Source of the DNA: Bacteriovoracaceae bacterium
GTDB lineage: Bacteria > Bdellovibrionota > Bacteriovoracia > Bacteriovoracales > Bacteriovoracaceae
DNA length: 47,191 nucleotides
NCBI GenBank assembly: GCA_020631435.1
Contig: JAHDHG010000001.1
Span: forward strand, 1-47,191
Direction of reading: 5' to 3'
Shown here: piece by piece, positions 9,479-17,427 of the stretch
How positions within the stretch are numbered: position 1 is the first letter of the stretch
How the letters are laid out: the number at the start of each line of letters is the position of its first letter
The notes under the pieces: generated by a model
The model's database searches: none
What the model saw: only the letters and a program-made list of their open reading frames with translations
Told to the model about the DNA's origin: nothing
Translations under genes and position numbers: made by a program

Positions 9479-11479
9479 ATGAAAGAATTAAGCATGAATC
9501 AAGATAATAAATCCACTTTTTTTATGGCATTTAAAGACTCCAAGGTGAGTTGGAGAGAATTTAATAAAGAATCTTTGAAAATAGCAAAAGCTGAAAAAAA
9601 ACCTTTATTTATTCATCTTGGTTATTCAACATCTCACCTATCTACTGATTTACAATATAGAGTATTTGAAGATTCAGAGATTGCTAGTTTCTTAAATGAG
9701 AACTTCATTTCGATTTTAATTGATAAGGAGTTATCTCCCCATCTTGATCAATACTTTCAAAAAATGATGATTCTTCAATTTGGTGAGAATGGTTGGCCTG
9801 CAAATATTTTTCTCACTTCAGAATTAAAGCCACTTTTTCTTGGAACTTATCTTCCGTTAGAAGTCGATGATAAGTATCCAGGTTTTTTAAATATTATTAA
9901 AAACATTCTTCAAAGTTCAAAAGAAAAGAATTCAAAAAGAGATGAAGATTTTGAACTTCTAATAAAGAAAATTAAATCTCCCCTGCTTCCCAATCAAGAA
10001 ATTTCTTTTGAAGGTAGATTCCCTTCTCCTAATTCAATTTTTGATGCGCTTACGGAATACGAAGATAAAGAAAATGGGGGTTATGGCAAAGGGATTAAAC
10101 ATACTTATCTAAGCTTCATGGAATGGGCCGCTGAGCAGATCGTAGAAGGAGTGGTAGAAAAAGAATTTAGTGATTATATCATCATGACTTTAGAGAAAAT
10201 TTTAGCAAGTCCTGTGTATGATCATGTTGGAGGCGGGATTCATCATTTTTCTTTTTCTTCTGATTGGCAAAAACCAAATTTTGAAAAACATTTAAATGAC
10301 CAAGCAATGATTTTGAAAGTTCTTTCAAAAATTTCTGTTGCTTATCCAAGTCCTCTTTTTCTAGATGCTATCATTCAAACATTAGAATATTTAAATAATG
10401 AAATGTTCGATGATGAGAGAGGTTTTTTTACATCTCAAGGTTCCATTTCTGAAGGGATAGAAGGACTTTATTTTTGTTATACAGCAGAAGAATTCGATGA
10501 AGTCTTCCAAGATAGTGAAATAGATCTAGAAAATTTAAAAAAATGGTTCATGATTACCGAACAAGGTGATACCAATTACAAACTCAATACTATAAAGCTT
10601 GATTTAAATAAAATCGAAGAGATCATCACTCCTGAAAATTGGGAAATCGTAAGAAATGCAAAGAAATTACTTTTTCAGAAAAGATTTGATCGAATTCCTC
10701 CCAAAACAAATCCACAAAGTATTGCAAGTTCAAGTTTTAAATTAATTTCTGCCTTATGCGATGTTATTCAATATTGTAAAATTGGTATTATTCAAAAGGA
10801 TGCGACAAACTTATTAAATAAGGCCTTGGCTAATGTCTATCAATGTTTTTTCTCTAAATCATCTCAAGATGATTTTCATATTCACCATAGTAGCTTAAAA
10901 AATAGTTCAAAAAAATACTTAGAAGATTACGTTGCCTTCGCTGATGCTCATTCAAGACTTTATGAAATAACGGCCAATAAAAAATTTAAAAAAAATGCTC
11001 TAAAAGCATTAGATTTTATTGAAGAGAATTTCTTAGATAATAATAAATTACTTATTACGTCAAAAGGATCAGACTCTGCAGTTGTTAACTTTGAAAATTT
11101 AAGTTCTGATTTGATTAAAACCTCACCCATTTCAACTTATATTTTATTTATTAGAAAATGGTGTTTTGAAAACTCAAAGTATCAAGAAATCTTTGAAGGG
11201 CTCTTTACTCAATTTGCTCAATGTGTTCTTTTTAATCCTCTTGCTCATGGTGAAGGACTTAGATCACTTATATATCCTGAAGAAGTTTACAAAAAGCTAG
11301 TTATTCCTTCATCTTGGAAAAAAAATGAAAACTTCCTAAAGATCATCCCTTATTTCTCTTCTAGATTTCTAATTAACTATCACGATCAAGACAGTTGGAT
11401 TTTTGAGGGATTACAAGGAGTAGAAAAAACAGGAGAGGGTTTAGAAGAATTTGAAAATTTTCTCTTCAAAAAAAACTAG
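9479..11479 (+). CDS. DUF255/YyaL-like thioredoxin-domain plus (alpha/alpha)6-barrel protein; the thioredoxin CxxC is not conserved
   Basis: 666 aa. The N-terminus W-EFNKESLKIAKAEKKPLFIHLGYSTSHLS…FLNENFISILIDKE matches the family block (…GYSTCHWCH…FV.IKVDREE) but has Ser/Leu/Ser in place of the Cys/Trp/Cys core. Confidence 0.75.
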   Translation: MKELSMNQDNKSTFFMAFKDSKVSWREFNKESLKIAKAEKKPLFIHLGYSTSHLSTDLQYRVFEDSEIASFLNENFISILIDKELSPHLDQYFQKMMILQFGENGWPANIFLTSELKPLFLGTYLPLEVDDKYPGFLNIIKNILQSSKEKNSKRDEDFELLIKKIKSPLLPNQEISFEGRFPSPNSIFDALTEYEDKENGGYGKGIKHTYLSFMEWAAEQIVEGVVEKEFSDYIIMTLEKILASPVYDHVGGGIHHFSFSSDWQKPNFEKHLNDQAMILKVLSKISVAYPSPLFLDAIIQTLEYLNNEMFDDERGFFTSQGSISEGIEGLYFCYTAEEFDEVFQDSEIDLENLKKWFMITEQGDTNYKLNTIKLDLNKIEEIITPENWEIVRNAKKLLFQKRFDRIPPKTNPQSIASSSFKLISALCDVIQYCKIGIIQKDATNLLNKALANVYQCFFSKSSQDDFHIHHSSLKNSSKKYLEDYVAFADAHSRLYEITANKKFKKNALKALDFIEENFLDNNKLLITSKGSDSAVVNFENLSSDLIKTSPISTYILFIRKWCFENSKYQEIFEGLFTQFAQCVLFNPLAHGEGLRSLIYPEEVYKKLVIPSSWKKNENFLKIIPYFSSRFLINYHDQDSWIFEGLQGVEKTGEGLEEFENFLFKKN

Positions 11480-11501
11480 GGCATAGATAACTATGCCCTA
11501 G
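11468..11501 (-). terminator. Rho-independent terminator for the minus-strand lipoprotein gene (possibly bidirectional)
   Basis: Perfect 11-bp stem CTAGGGCATAG/CTATGCCCTAG (11476-11486/11491-11501) with a 4-nt loop. On the minus strand it is followed by a T-run (plus-strand A-run 11468-11475). It overlaps the stop codon of the convergent plus-strand gene. Confidence 0.75.
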
Positions 11502-11524
11502 GTGTAACGGTTATGAAGCCTCTT

Positions 11525-12502
11525 TTAATCGCAATCTTCGCAAGAGTCATCAACATATTTAATAGTCCTAGAGTCTTCTCCAATATTGAAGATTCTTCTA
11601 TTTTTCTCGGACTTATATTTTACAGGGTGAATTGTTTCAATCGCTTCAAGATTAAAATCAATTCTCTTTCTTGATCCAAGGAATCCTGTTCCTTGTCTCG
11701 TATATACTCTATAAACTTCGTACTGATGCATATCTAGTTTATCCATCTTGAACTTTAAAGTTATAGTGTCATCATTTTCAGTATCTTTACATGTTTTGAA
11801 AGTTTTTCTAAAAGCGTTACATTGTTGGTATCCATATTGATCAAAACATTGCGCTCTTAAGTTTGAAATTGAAATAATATTTCCTTTATCATCTACTCTT
11901 GAGTCATATAATGCTTCACATCCATTAGCTTCGATCGCTTGAATAGCTTTTACATATTCAGCGTTTGCATCAACTTTCTCTCCACAAAGCTTTGATTCAT
12001 CGATATGAAAATCAATAAATTCTTGGAAGTTATCAGTTTCAACATATTTATACATATTAGCTCTCATCTTTACCTTAACTTTTGAAGGAGTTAGGTTTGT
12101 TCGAACTAAGCATGCTAAGTTTGAATTCGTTTCTACTCTATCACTATTTAATTCAATTACTCTAGCATGAGTTACAGCAGCTCCAGATCCATCATGTAGA
12201 CCTTGAATACATTTACTGTGAATTTCAGCTCTTTGAACTGGTGTTAAAGTGTAGACATCAGTAGAATTGGCTACAAATTCTGATTCAAGTGGAATAGCTT
12301 GAGTAGTGTCTACTTGTTCAGTTTGTTGTGTTTGAGGTGGAATTTCTACTTGAGTTCCTTGAGGAAAAGTTGTTGTGACAACAGGGCTTGTTTCGATTCC
12401 TGCTTCAGCAGTTTTCTTTTTGTTCGTTTTAACTTTTCCAATTTTTTCTTCTGAGCTACAAGATGCTAGAAGAAGAGAAATGACTAATAATAAAGTTTTC
12501 AT
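11525..12502 (-). CDS. Hypothetical lipoprotein (Cys-rich mature part)
   Basis: The N-terminus MKTLLLVISLLLASCSS is a signal peptide plus lipobox (LLASC). 325-aa ORF with a terminator downstream. Confidence 0.85.
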   Translation of the reverse strand: MKTLLLVISLLLASCSSEEKIGKVKTNKKKTAEAGIETSPVVTTTFPQGTQVEIPPQTQQTEQVDTTQAIPLESEFVANSTDVYTLTPVQRAEIHSKCIQGLHDGSGAAVTHARVIELNSDRVETNSNLACLVRTNLTPSKVKVKMRANMYKYVETDNFQEFIDFHIDESKLCGEKVDANAEYVKAIQAIEANGCEALYDSRVDDKGNIISISNLRAQCFDQYGYQQCNAFRKTFKTCKDTENDDTITLKFKMDKLDMHQYEVYRVYTRQGTGFLGSRKRIDFNLEAIETIHPVKYKSEKNRRIFNIGEDSRTIKYVDDSCEDCD

Positions 12503-12633
12503 AATTTGACTTCCTTTTAACTGTTACAGATTTTATGATAAGCGGAATTTTTGCGTCAGAGTGTAACATTGGTAGATATTACAAATTGTGCATATTTTTT
12601 GATCAAAATCACGAATTGGGATATGATCAAAAT

Positions 12634-13296
12634 ATGAAATTTGAGGTACTTACAGGCAGAACTGATGAACATCTAGTAAATCTAGAGCATGGTCAAAGAA
12701 TTCATAAAAGCTGTTATGACGATTTTTTTAGACTCAAAGGTACATTATCCAGCAAAAAAATCGATATGAGATCTGCTAGCTCCTTTCGCTCATATGAGAG
12801 ACAAAGAACTATTTGGAACGAAAAAGCTGAAGGAAAACGTATATTAAGAGATATTAATGGAAATCCTCTTAATTATGATGAACTTAATTGTGAAGAAATT
12901 TTTTGGGCAATTTTAAATTGGAGCTCAATCCCTGGAACTTCAAGACATCATTGGGGTACAGATCTAGATGTTTATGATCACTCTAAATACTTGAATGGAG
13001 AGAGATTAAGATTAATAAATAGTGAGTATCAAGGCGAAGGCCCTAATGCGAAATTAAGCGAAGAGTTATTTAAAAATACAGATCTTTTCTATAGGCCCTA
13101 TCTTGATGGTAAAAGTTATCAAATGGAATTATGGCATATGAGCCATGTTAAAATCTCTAAAGAATTTTCTGATAAATATACGATCGATGTATTTAAAAAA
13201 TCAGTCAGCGAAGACCCTAAATTACTGCTTAAAGAGCATATAATTAAGAATATTGATTTTTTGTATAAGAAGTATATCGCTCTTAAAGGTGCATAA
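12634..13296 (+). CDS. Peptidase M15 family (VanY/LdcB-like D,D- or L,D-carboxypeptidase fold), no obvious signal peptide
   Basis: SFRSYERQ…, SRHHWGTDLDV and ELWHMSH fit the M15 His/Asp/His zinc-site arrangement. I prefer the ATG at 12634 (MKFEVL…) to the track start at 12535, because 12535 leaves only 32 nt to the divergent gene. Confidence 0.75.
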   Translation: MKFEVLTGRTDEHLVNLEHGQRIHKSCYDDFFRLKGTLSSKKIDMRSASSFRSYERQRTIWNEKAEGKRILRDINGNPLNYDELNCEEIFWAILNWSSIPGTSRHHWGTDLDVYDHSKYLNGERLRLINSEYQGEGPNAKLSEELFKNTDLFYRPYLDGKSYQMELWHMSHVKISKEFSDKYTIDVFKKSVSEDPKLLLKEHIIKNIDFLYKKYIALKGA

Positions 13297-13523
13297 AGTC
13301 ACTGATTTGATCTATAAAATCCCTTTATTTTCCATCTAAAGCCACCTTTGCCAAATCTGTCATTTTCTAAACTTTTTTTGAGCGATTTCTCTTACCTAAC
13401 AGTTAGACTTATTCCTTTTGAGAATTCACAATTCTTTGTTAATTTCATATTAATTGTTCATTTGGAGAAAGAATCTCAGAATCGAATTTATCTAATTTAA
13501 TAAACTTTGGAGGAGCTAAGTTT

Positions 13524-14732
13524 ATGAGAAATTTATCAGTTTATAATGTATTCATGACATTATTCTTTTGTTTAGCATTTGGTGTTGAAACCTATGCTAA
13601 CGATAGAGGGGGAAGTCGACGGGGCGGTGTATCCCGATCTGGAGGAAGTTCAAGAACTTCAACTCCTAGAAGAGCACCATCAAGATCACCAAGAACTACT
13701 CCGAGCAGAAGCTCGAGCAGATCTTCTGGATCCACGACTAGTCGATCAAGAACTTCGACACCAAGAAGATCATCTGGTTCAACAACTGGAAGATCAAGAA
13801 CTCAACCACCAAGAAGGGGTTCTTCTACTGGTTCTAGAACTACTCCAAGAAGCGGTTCTTCAACTGGATCAAGAACGACACCTCCAAGAAGAGGATCTAC
13901 AACTGGGTCAAGAACTACTCCTAGAAGAGGATCAACGACAGGATCAAGAACTACTCCTAGAAGAGGATCAACGACAGGTTCAAGAACTACTCCTAGAAGT
14001 GGTGGTTCTAGAACAACTCCTCCAAGAAGAGGAACTGGTAGAACAACTCCTAGAACTGGAAATAGAAGACCTGTACCACAGAGACATAGAGCTTCTAGAA
14101 GAGGTCATATTAGATCGAGAGTTTATTCTTCTTATGGAACAAATAGATACTTTAGACCTTATAGAACTCATAGAGTTAACAGATATGTTTATAGACCACA
14201 TAGAGTTTATACTAATATCTATTACCATAGCTTTTTCTGGTCACCGTTCTCTTACTCAAACTATGTATTAAGTGTTCATAGAAGACACTTCTACAGAAAT
14301 TGGATTTATTTCTATCACTATGGACATACGGGATATTTAGTTCATAACGGATATCCATATTTTGTCTACAATAGCTACAGACATAGATATTCAAGAATTG
14401 ATACTTGTAACTACCAATTAGTAGATAAGTGTTATGGAACAACGATTAAAACTTATTGGAATCAATTCTGTAACATCGGTTATGATAGATGTGCAGAACA
14501 AAGAGATCTATTAAATAGATATGAAGGTGAGTATAGATTCTCATGTGCTGAAACACACAGAGCTAGTACATACTCTTATTTCAACAATAGAGATACGAGA
14601 TACTTACAATGTGATGGCTCAGCAAACTTCGATGATCATTACTATGATGATGAATATGATCATGATGATTACTATGATGATTATTACTCATCAAGTTCAT
14701 ATGGAAACGATGATTATTATGATCCATTTTAG
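13524..14732 (+). CDS. Secreted low-complexity protein: signal peptide, Arg/Ser/Thr/Pro/Gly tandem repeats, Tyr/His/Arg-rich region, Cys-containing module, Asp/Tyr acidic tail
   Basis: GGAGG lies 8 nt upstream of the ATG. The N-terminus is hydrophobic (FMTLFFCLAFGVETYA). The 402-aa ORF is followed by a strong terminator. The alternative-frame ORFs in the track are repeat artefacts. Confidence 0.85.
   Translation: MRNLSVYNVFMTLFFCLAFGVETYANDRGGSRRGGVSRSGGSSRTSTPRRAPSRSPRTTPSRSSSRSSGSTTSRSRTSTPRRSSGSTTGRSRTQPPRRGSSTGSRTTPRSGSSTGSRTTPPRRGSTTGSRTTPRRGSTTGSRTTPRRGSTTGSRTTPRSGGSRTTPPRRGTGRTTPRTGNRRPVPQRHRASRRGHIRSRVYSSYGTNRYFRPYRTHRVNRYVYRPHRVYTNIYYHSFFWSPFSYSNYVLSVHRRHFYRNWIYFYHYGHTGYLVHNGYPYFVYNSYRHRYSRIDTCNYQLVDKCYGTTIKTYWNQFCNIGYDRCAEQRDLLNRYEGEYRFSCAETHRASTYSYFNNRDTRYLQCDGSANFDDHYYDDEYDHDDYYDDYYSSSSYGNDDYYDPF
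13818..14000 (+). repeat. In-frame 36-39 nt tandem repeats (five clear units encoding GS[ST]TGSRTTP(P)R[RS]), with degenerate copies flanking (~13727-14057)
   Basis: Units start at 13818, 13854, 13893, 13929 and 13965. Units 13929-13964 and 13965-14000 differ at only 2 of 36 positions. Confidence 0.9.
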
Positions 14733-14793
14733 AAATATGATTTAACGAATTTGAAGGTGGGTGTACCTCTACTTTCAAATCCAAGCACACCAA

Positions 14794-14822
14794 GGGGTCG
14801 TCTTCGGATGGCCCTTTTTTTT
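14794..14822 (+). terminator. Rho-independent terminator
   Basis: GGGTCGTC-TTCG-GATGGCCC forms an 8-bp stem (two G.U pairs) with a TTCG tetraloop, followed by T8. Confidence 0.8.
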
Positions 14823-15240
14823 ACTCTATTATTATTCCACAAGCATCAAACCATTCTTGATTAGCTGCTATCAACTTTCTTTCTTTTAAGTCAAAAAAGC
14901 CAACCATGAATTCTGCTCTAGAGCAAAGCTCTCCTTCTCTCGTCATCGATTGATTTAAGAACATATACTTGCCTTCAACCCTGCTGGCCTTAGAGATGAT
15001 TTGAATTTGATCTAAGTTTTTAATTTCTCTTCTAAACTGAATATTGGCATTTAATAAAACAGGGCCTTTCATTTCTGATCTGATTTTATCTAATCCAAAA
15101 CCATTTTTTTCTATAAAGTCCCAACGTGCAATTTCATAAAGAGTTGAATATCTTGCATTATTCATGTGCCCGAAGGGATCTAAGTCTGCACCATTTACTT
15201 GATAAGAGTAAGTAAACTCTTTTGCTGATAAAATTTTCAT
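14821..15240 (-). CDS. Hotdog-fold acyl-CoA thioesterase (4HBT/YbgC-like)
   Basis: 139 aa. The N-terminal DLDPFGHMNNARY motif is typical of the 4-hydroxybenzoyl-CoA thioesterase family. Confidence 0.8.
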   Translation of the reverse strand: MKILSAKEFTYSYQVNGADLDPFGHMNNARYSTLYEIARWDFIEKNGFGLDKIRSEMKGPVLLNANIQFRREIKNLDQIQIISKASRVEGKYMFLNQSMTREGELCSRAEFMVGFFDLKERKLIAANQEWFDACGIIIE

Positions 15241-15242
15241 TC

Positions 15243-16829
15243 TTAATTTTTAAACTTATTATGCGAATACACCATGATTTTTCTAGCTTTATAACTTTTT
15301 CTATGAGCTCTCGTGATTCTCTTAAACAATGTAAAGCCAGAAGATTTTCTCACACCTTCTTGTGCTAGTGCTCTTTTGAGCTTATTAGAATCTTTTATAT
15401 TAAGTCCACCTTTACTCTTTTTAAGCTTTGCCAGTGGATTAAAGTTAAAATCTTTCTTTTTTCTTTTGTTTCTCTGAGATAATTTAAAAAGCCTTCTCGC
15501 TTTAGACCTCTTATAACTATTTAGTTTATTAGCTCCTCTTGAAGCTACTGCACCACTACCATCTTTATCTTTTTCTCCTGCTCCAGGAGCTCCTCCAGAA
15601 CTCCCACCACTTGTACCACCACCACCGGCTCCACTTGCTACAACAGGACTTGCTGCACCGGGGTTTCCTGCCTCTGGTTTAATCGCATTAGGATCTTCTG
15701 GTGAATCGTCTTCTGCTAATTTTCCATCTGGTGCGCCAATACCGCCACCAGAATCACCACCACTATCACTAGATCCCGAAGAACTTCCACCTGAAGAACT
15801 TCCTCCGCTAGATCTTCCGCCTATTCTTGGGGCACCTGGCCCACCTGAGTATGGGTTATCTCCGTTTGGATTTGTTGGTGTTATACATTCAGCGGGTAAT
15901 GGAGTTTGGTTACAGTAATTGAATGGGTCTGGTGTATTTTCAACTAACCCAACTTTTTCCAATTCACTTTTTAATACATCTTGATGTTCAATTCCTGCTA
16001 CTACTTCGGTACCATGTTGTATTGCAAGTTGAGCAAATTCAGCTTTTTTATTTTCAACTTCAGTTCGCTCTTTAGCAGAAAAACGAGTATTCCAATTGTT
16101 TAAATTTTTATTTAACTTAAGTACGGCCCTAGCATAAGTAGCTCCTGCAACTGTGTTATGTTGATTTTTAGATTTATTTGTATTCATTTGACCTTCAAGG
16201 GCAACTCTTTGAATACTACCACCTATCTCTTGGGCACTTTCTAATTCCTTTCTTGTTTTATTACTTTGTAGTTGAATTCTACCTATAGAAGCACCTTTTA
16301 ATAAAAGAACTTGTTTTTCTACTCTAGCTATGACGTTGAATGAGTTTTCACAAAGTGCAATTTCCTCTTCAACATATTGTTGGAATGTACCTCTATCCAA
16401 CCCCTCTTTAAAGTTATCCTCCACATACTGAGTTATAGAACTCTCACTAGATCCTGGCTGACATCTACTTCTATTAGCTAATCGACTTTCATTTCTAGAT
16501 ATTCGATCTTTCCAGTGTTGATTAGCAGAGACTCCATCTTCAGGACAACTTTTATAAATTTCCTTGTAATGCTTTTTATTTCCAAAATGAAATGCAGTAT
16601 TTAGTTGTGCTTGGCACTTATCTGAATTTATAACTCCGTCAGAGTTTGTTGCTTCTGATTCCGAGCTAGTAGCACTCCCCAAACCAGTTGATCCAACAGA
16701 ACCTAAATCTTGCTCAAGGAAAGCAGCAGCACCAGGTTTCAATTCCTCAGAATCAATTGAATCCTGACCTGACTCCTGAACATAAGCATTAAAACTAAAT
16801 AAAATAAAAAACCCCATTAAAATCTTCAT
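15243..16829 (-). CDS. Hypothetical secreted protein with a Gly/Ser-rich tract and a strongly basic C-terminal tail
   Basis: Signal-like N-terminus MKILMGFFILFSFNAYVQE. The tract GGRSSGGSSSGGSSSGSSDSGGDSGGG and the last ~110 aa (K/R-rich) are distinctive. The stop lies 2 nt from the downstream thioesterase gene. Confidence 0.8.
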   Translation of the reverse strand: MKILMGFFILFSFNAYVQESGQDSIDSEELKPGAAAFLEQDLGSVGSTGLGSATSSESEATNSDGVINSDKCQAQLNTAFHFGNKKHYKEIYKSCPEDGVSANQHWKDRISRNESRLANRSRCQPGSSESSITQYVEDNFKEGLDRGTFQQYVEEEIALCENSFNVIARVEKQVLLLKGASIGRIQLQSNKTRKELESAQEIGGSIQRVALEGQMNTNKSKNQHNTVAGATYARAVLKLNKNLNNWNTRFSAKERTEVENKKAEFAQLAIQHGTEVVAGIEHQDVLKSELEKVGLVENTPDPFNYCNQTPLPAECITPTNPNGDNPYSGGPGAPRIGGRSSGGSSSGGSSSGSSDSGGDSGGGIGAPDGKLAEDDSPEDPNAIKPEAGNPGAASPVVASGAGGGGTSGGSSGGAPGAGEKDKDGSGAVASRGANKLNSYKRSKARRLFKLSQRNKRKKKDFNFNPLAKLKKSKGGLNIKDSNKLKRALAQEGVRKSSGFTLFKRITRAHRKSYKARKIMVYSHNKFKN

Positions 16830-16922
16830 ATATTTATTCTAAGTCCCTTAACACAAATCAATTTTGTAAACACCTGTTTGTAAGTAATTTTAGACACTTA
16901 AGTATGAAAAACATTCAAAAAA

Positions 16923-16950
16923 TTGCCTAAAAATGTAGGCAAATTAGGCA
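16923..16950. promoter_or_regulatory. Inverted repeat TTGCCTA-N6-TAGGCAA plus a third TAGGCA half-site in a divergent intergenic region (candidate operator)
   Basis: 16923-16929 and 16936-16942 are exact reverse complements. TAGGCA recurs at 16945-16950. The site lies between the divergent genes 15243-16829 (-) and 17044-17373 (+). Confidence 0.3.
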
Positions 16951-17043
16951 GAGTCAAAAAAATAGACAGCAAATTTTTCTTGATTTTGAATAGATTACAC
17001 GACACCTAGAAGTTCATTTTTAAAGTGTTATATTGATCACGAA

Positions 17044-17373
17044 ATGAGATCAAAAGAACATGACTCACATTCAAACGTTACTTACTTGTGGCGAGACACT
17101 AACGGGGAACCTCTTTCAGATGATCCTCTTGGAGACTTACTTAATGAGTTTGGAACAGAAGAGATTGAAGTAGAAGAAACCCTACCAACTCCCAATATCT
17201 CAGAAGTAGAAGAAAGCTCTATAGACGAAGAGCTTAGAGATCATTTCTACGAAAACAAGTTCTCAACCAAAGAGTTTAGAAATGACCTTGAAGAGCTTGA
17301 GTACCTTTTAGCTAAGACACAATACCTCACAAAGAAAATTAAATATTACTCAGACTTTATGATGAGAAAATAA
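17044..17373 (+). CDS. Small acidic hypothetical protein (109 aa)
   Basis: ORF with a terminator-like hairpin right after the stop. It is very Glu/Asp-rich, has no signal peptide, and I recognise no family. Confidence 0.55.
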   Translation: MRSKEHDSHSNVTYLWRDTNGEPLSDDPLGDLLNEFGTEEIEVEETLPTPNISEVEESSIDEELRDHFYENKFSTKEFRNDLEELEYLLAKTQYLTKKIKYYSDFMMRK

Positions 17374-17397
17374 AAAAGGGAGAAATTTCTTTCTCCC
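17372..17397. terminator. Hairpin terminator between convergent genes (T-run on the minus-strand side)
   Basis: GGGAGAAA-TTTC-TTTCTCCC (17378-17397) forms a perfect 8-bp stem. The plus-strand A6 (17372-17377) supplies the U-tract for the minus-strand M14 peptidase transcript. Confidence 0.7.
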
Positions 17398-17427
17398 CTT
17401 AAATAATTAAAATAAAAAATCCGTCTT

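Noticed and set aside
12535-12633. The upstream start of the M15 peptidase ORF given in the track
   Set aside because: The N-terminal extension (MISGIFASECNIGRYYKLCIFF…) has no family counterpart and would leave almost no promoter space to the divergent gene. The ATG at 12634 is preferred, although this is not proven.
13579-14793. Track ORFs 13579-14271 (+), 13980-14228 (-), 14212-14442 (-), 14521-14745 (+) and 14581-14793 (-), overlapping the RS-repeat gene
   Set aside because: They are alternative frames or antisense readings of a repetitive, compositionally biased gene that lacks stops in several frames. Only the 13524 frame has an SD, a signal peptide and a terminator.
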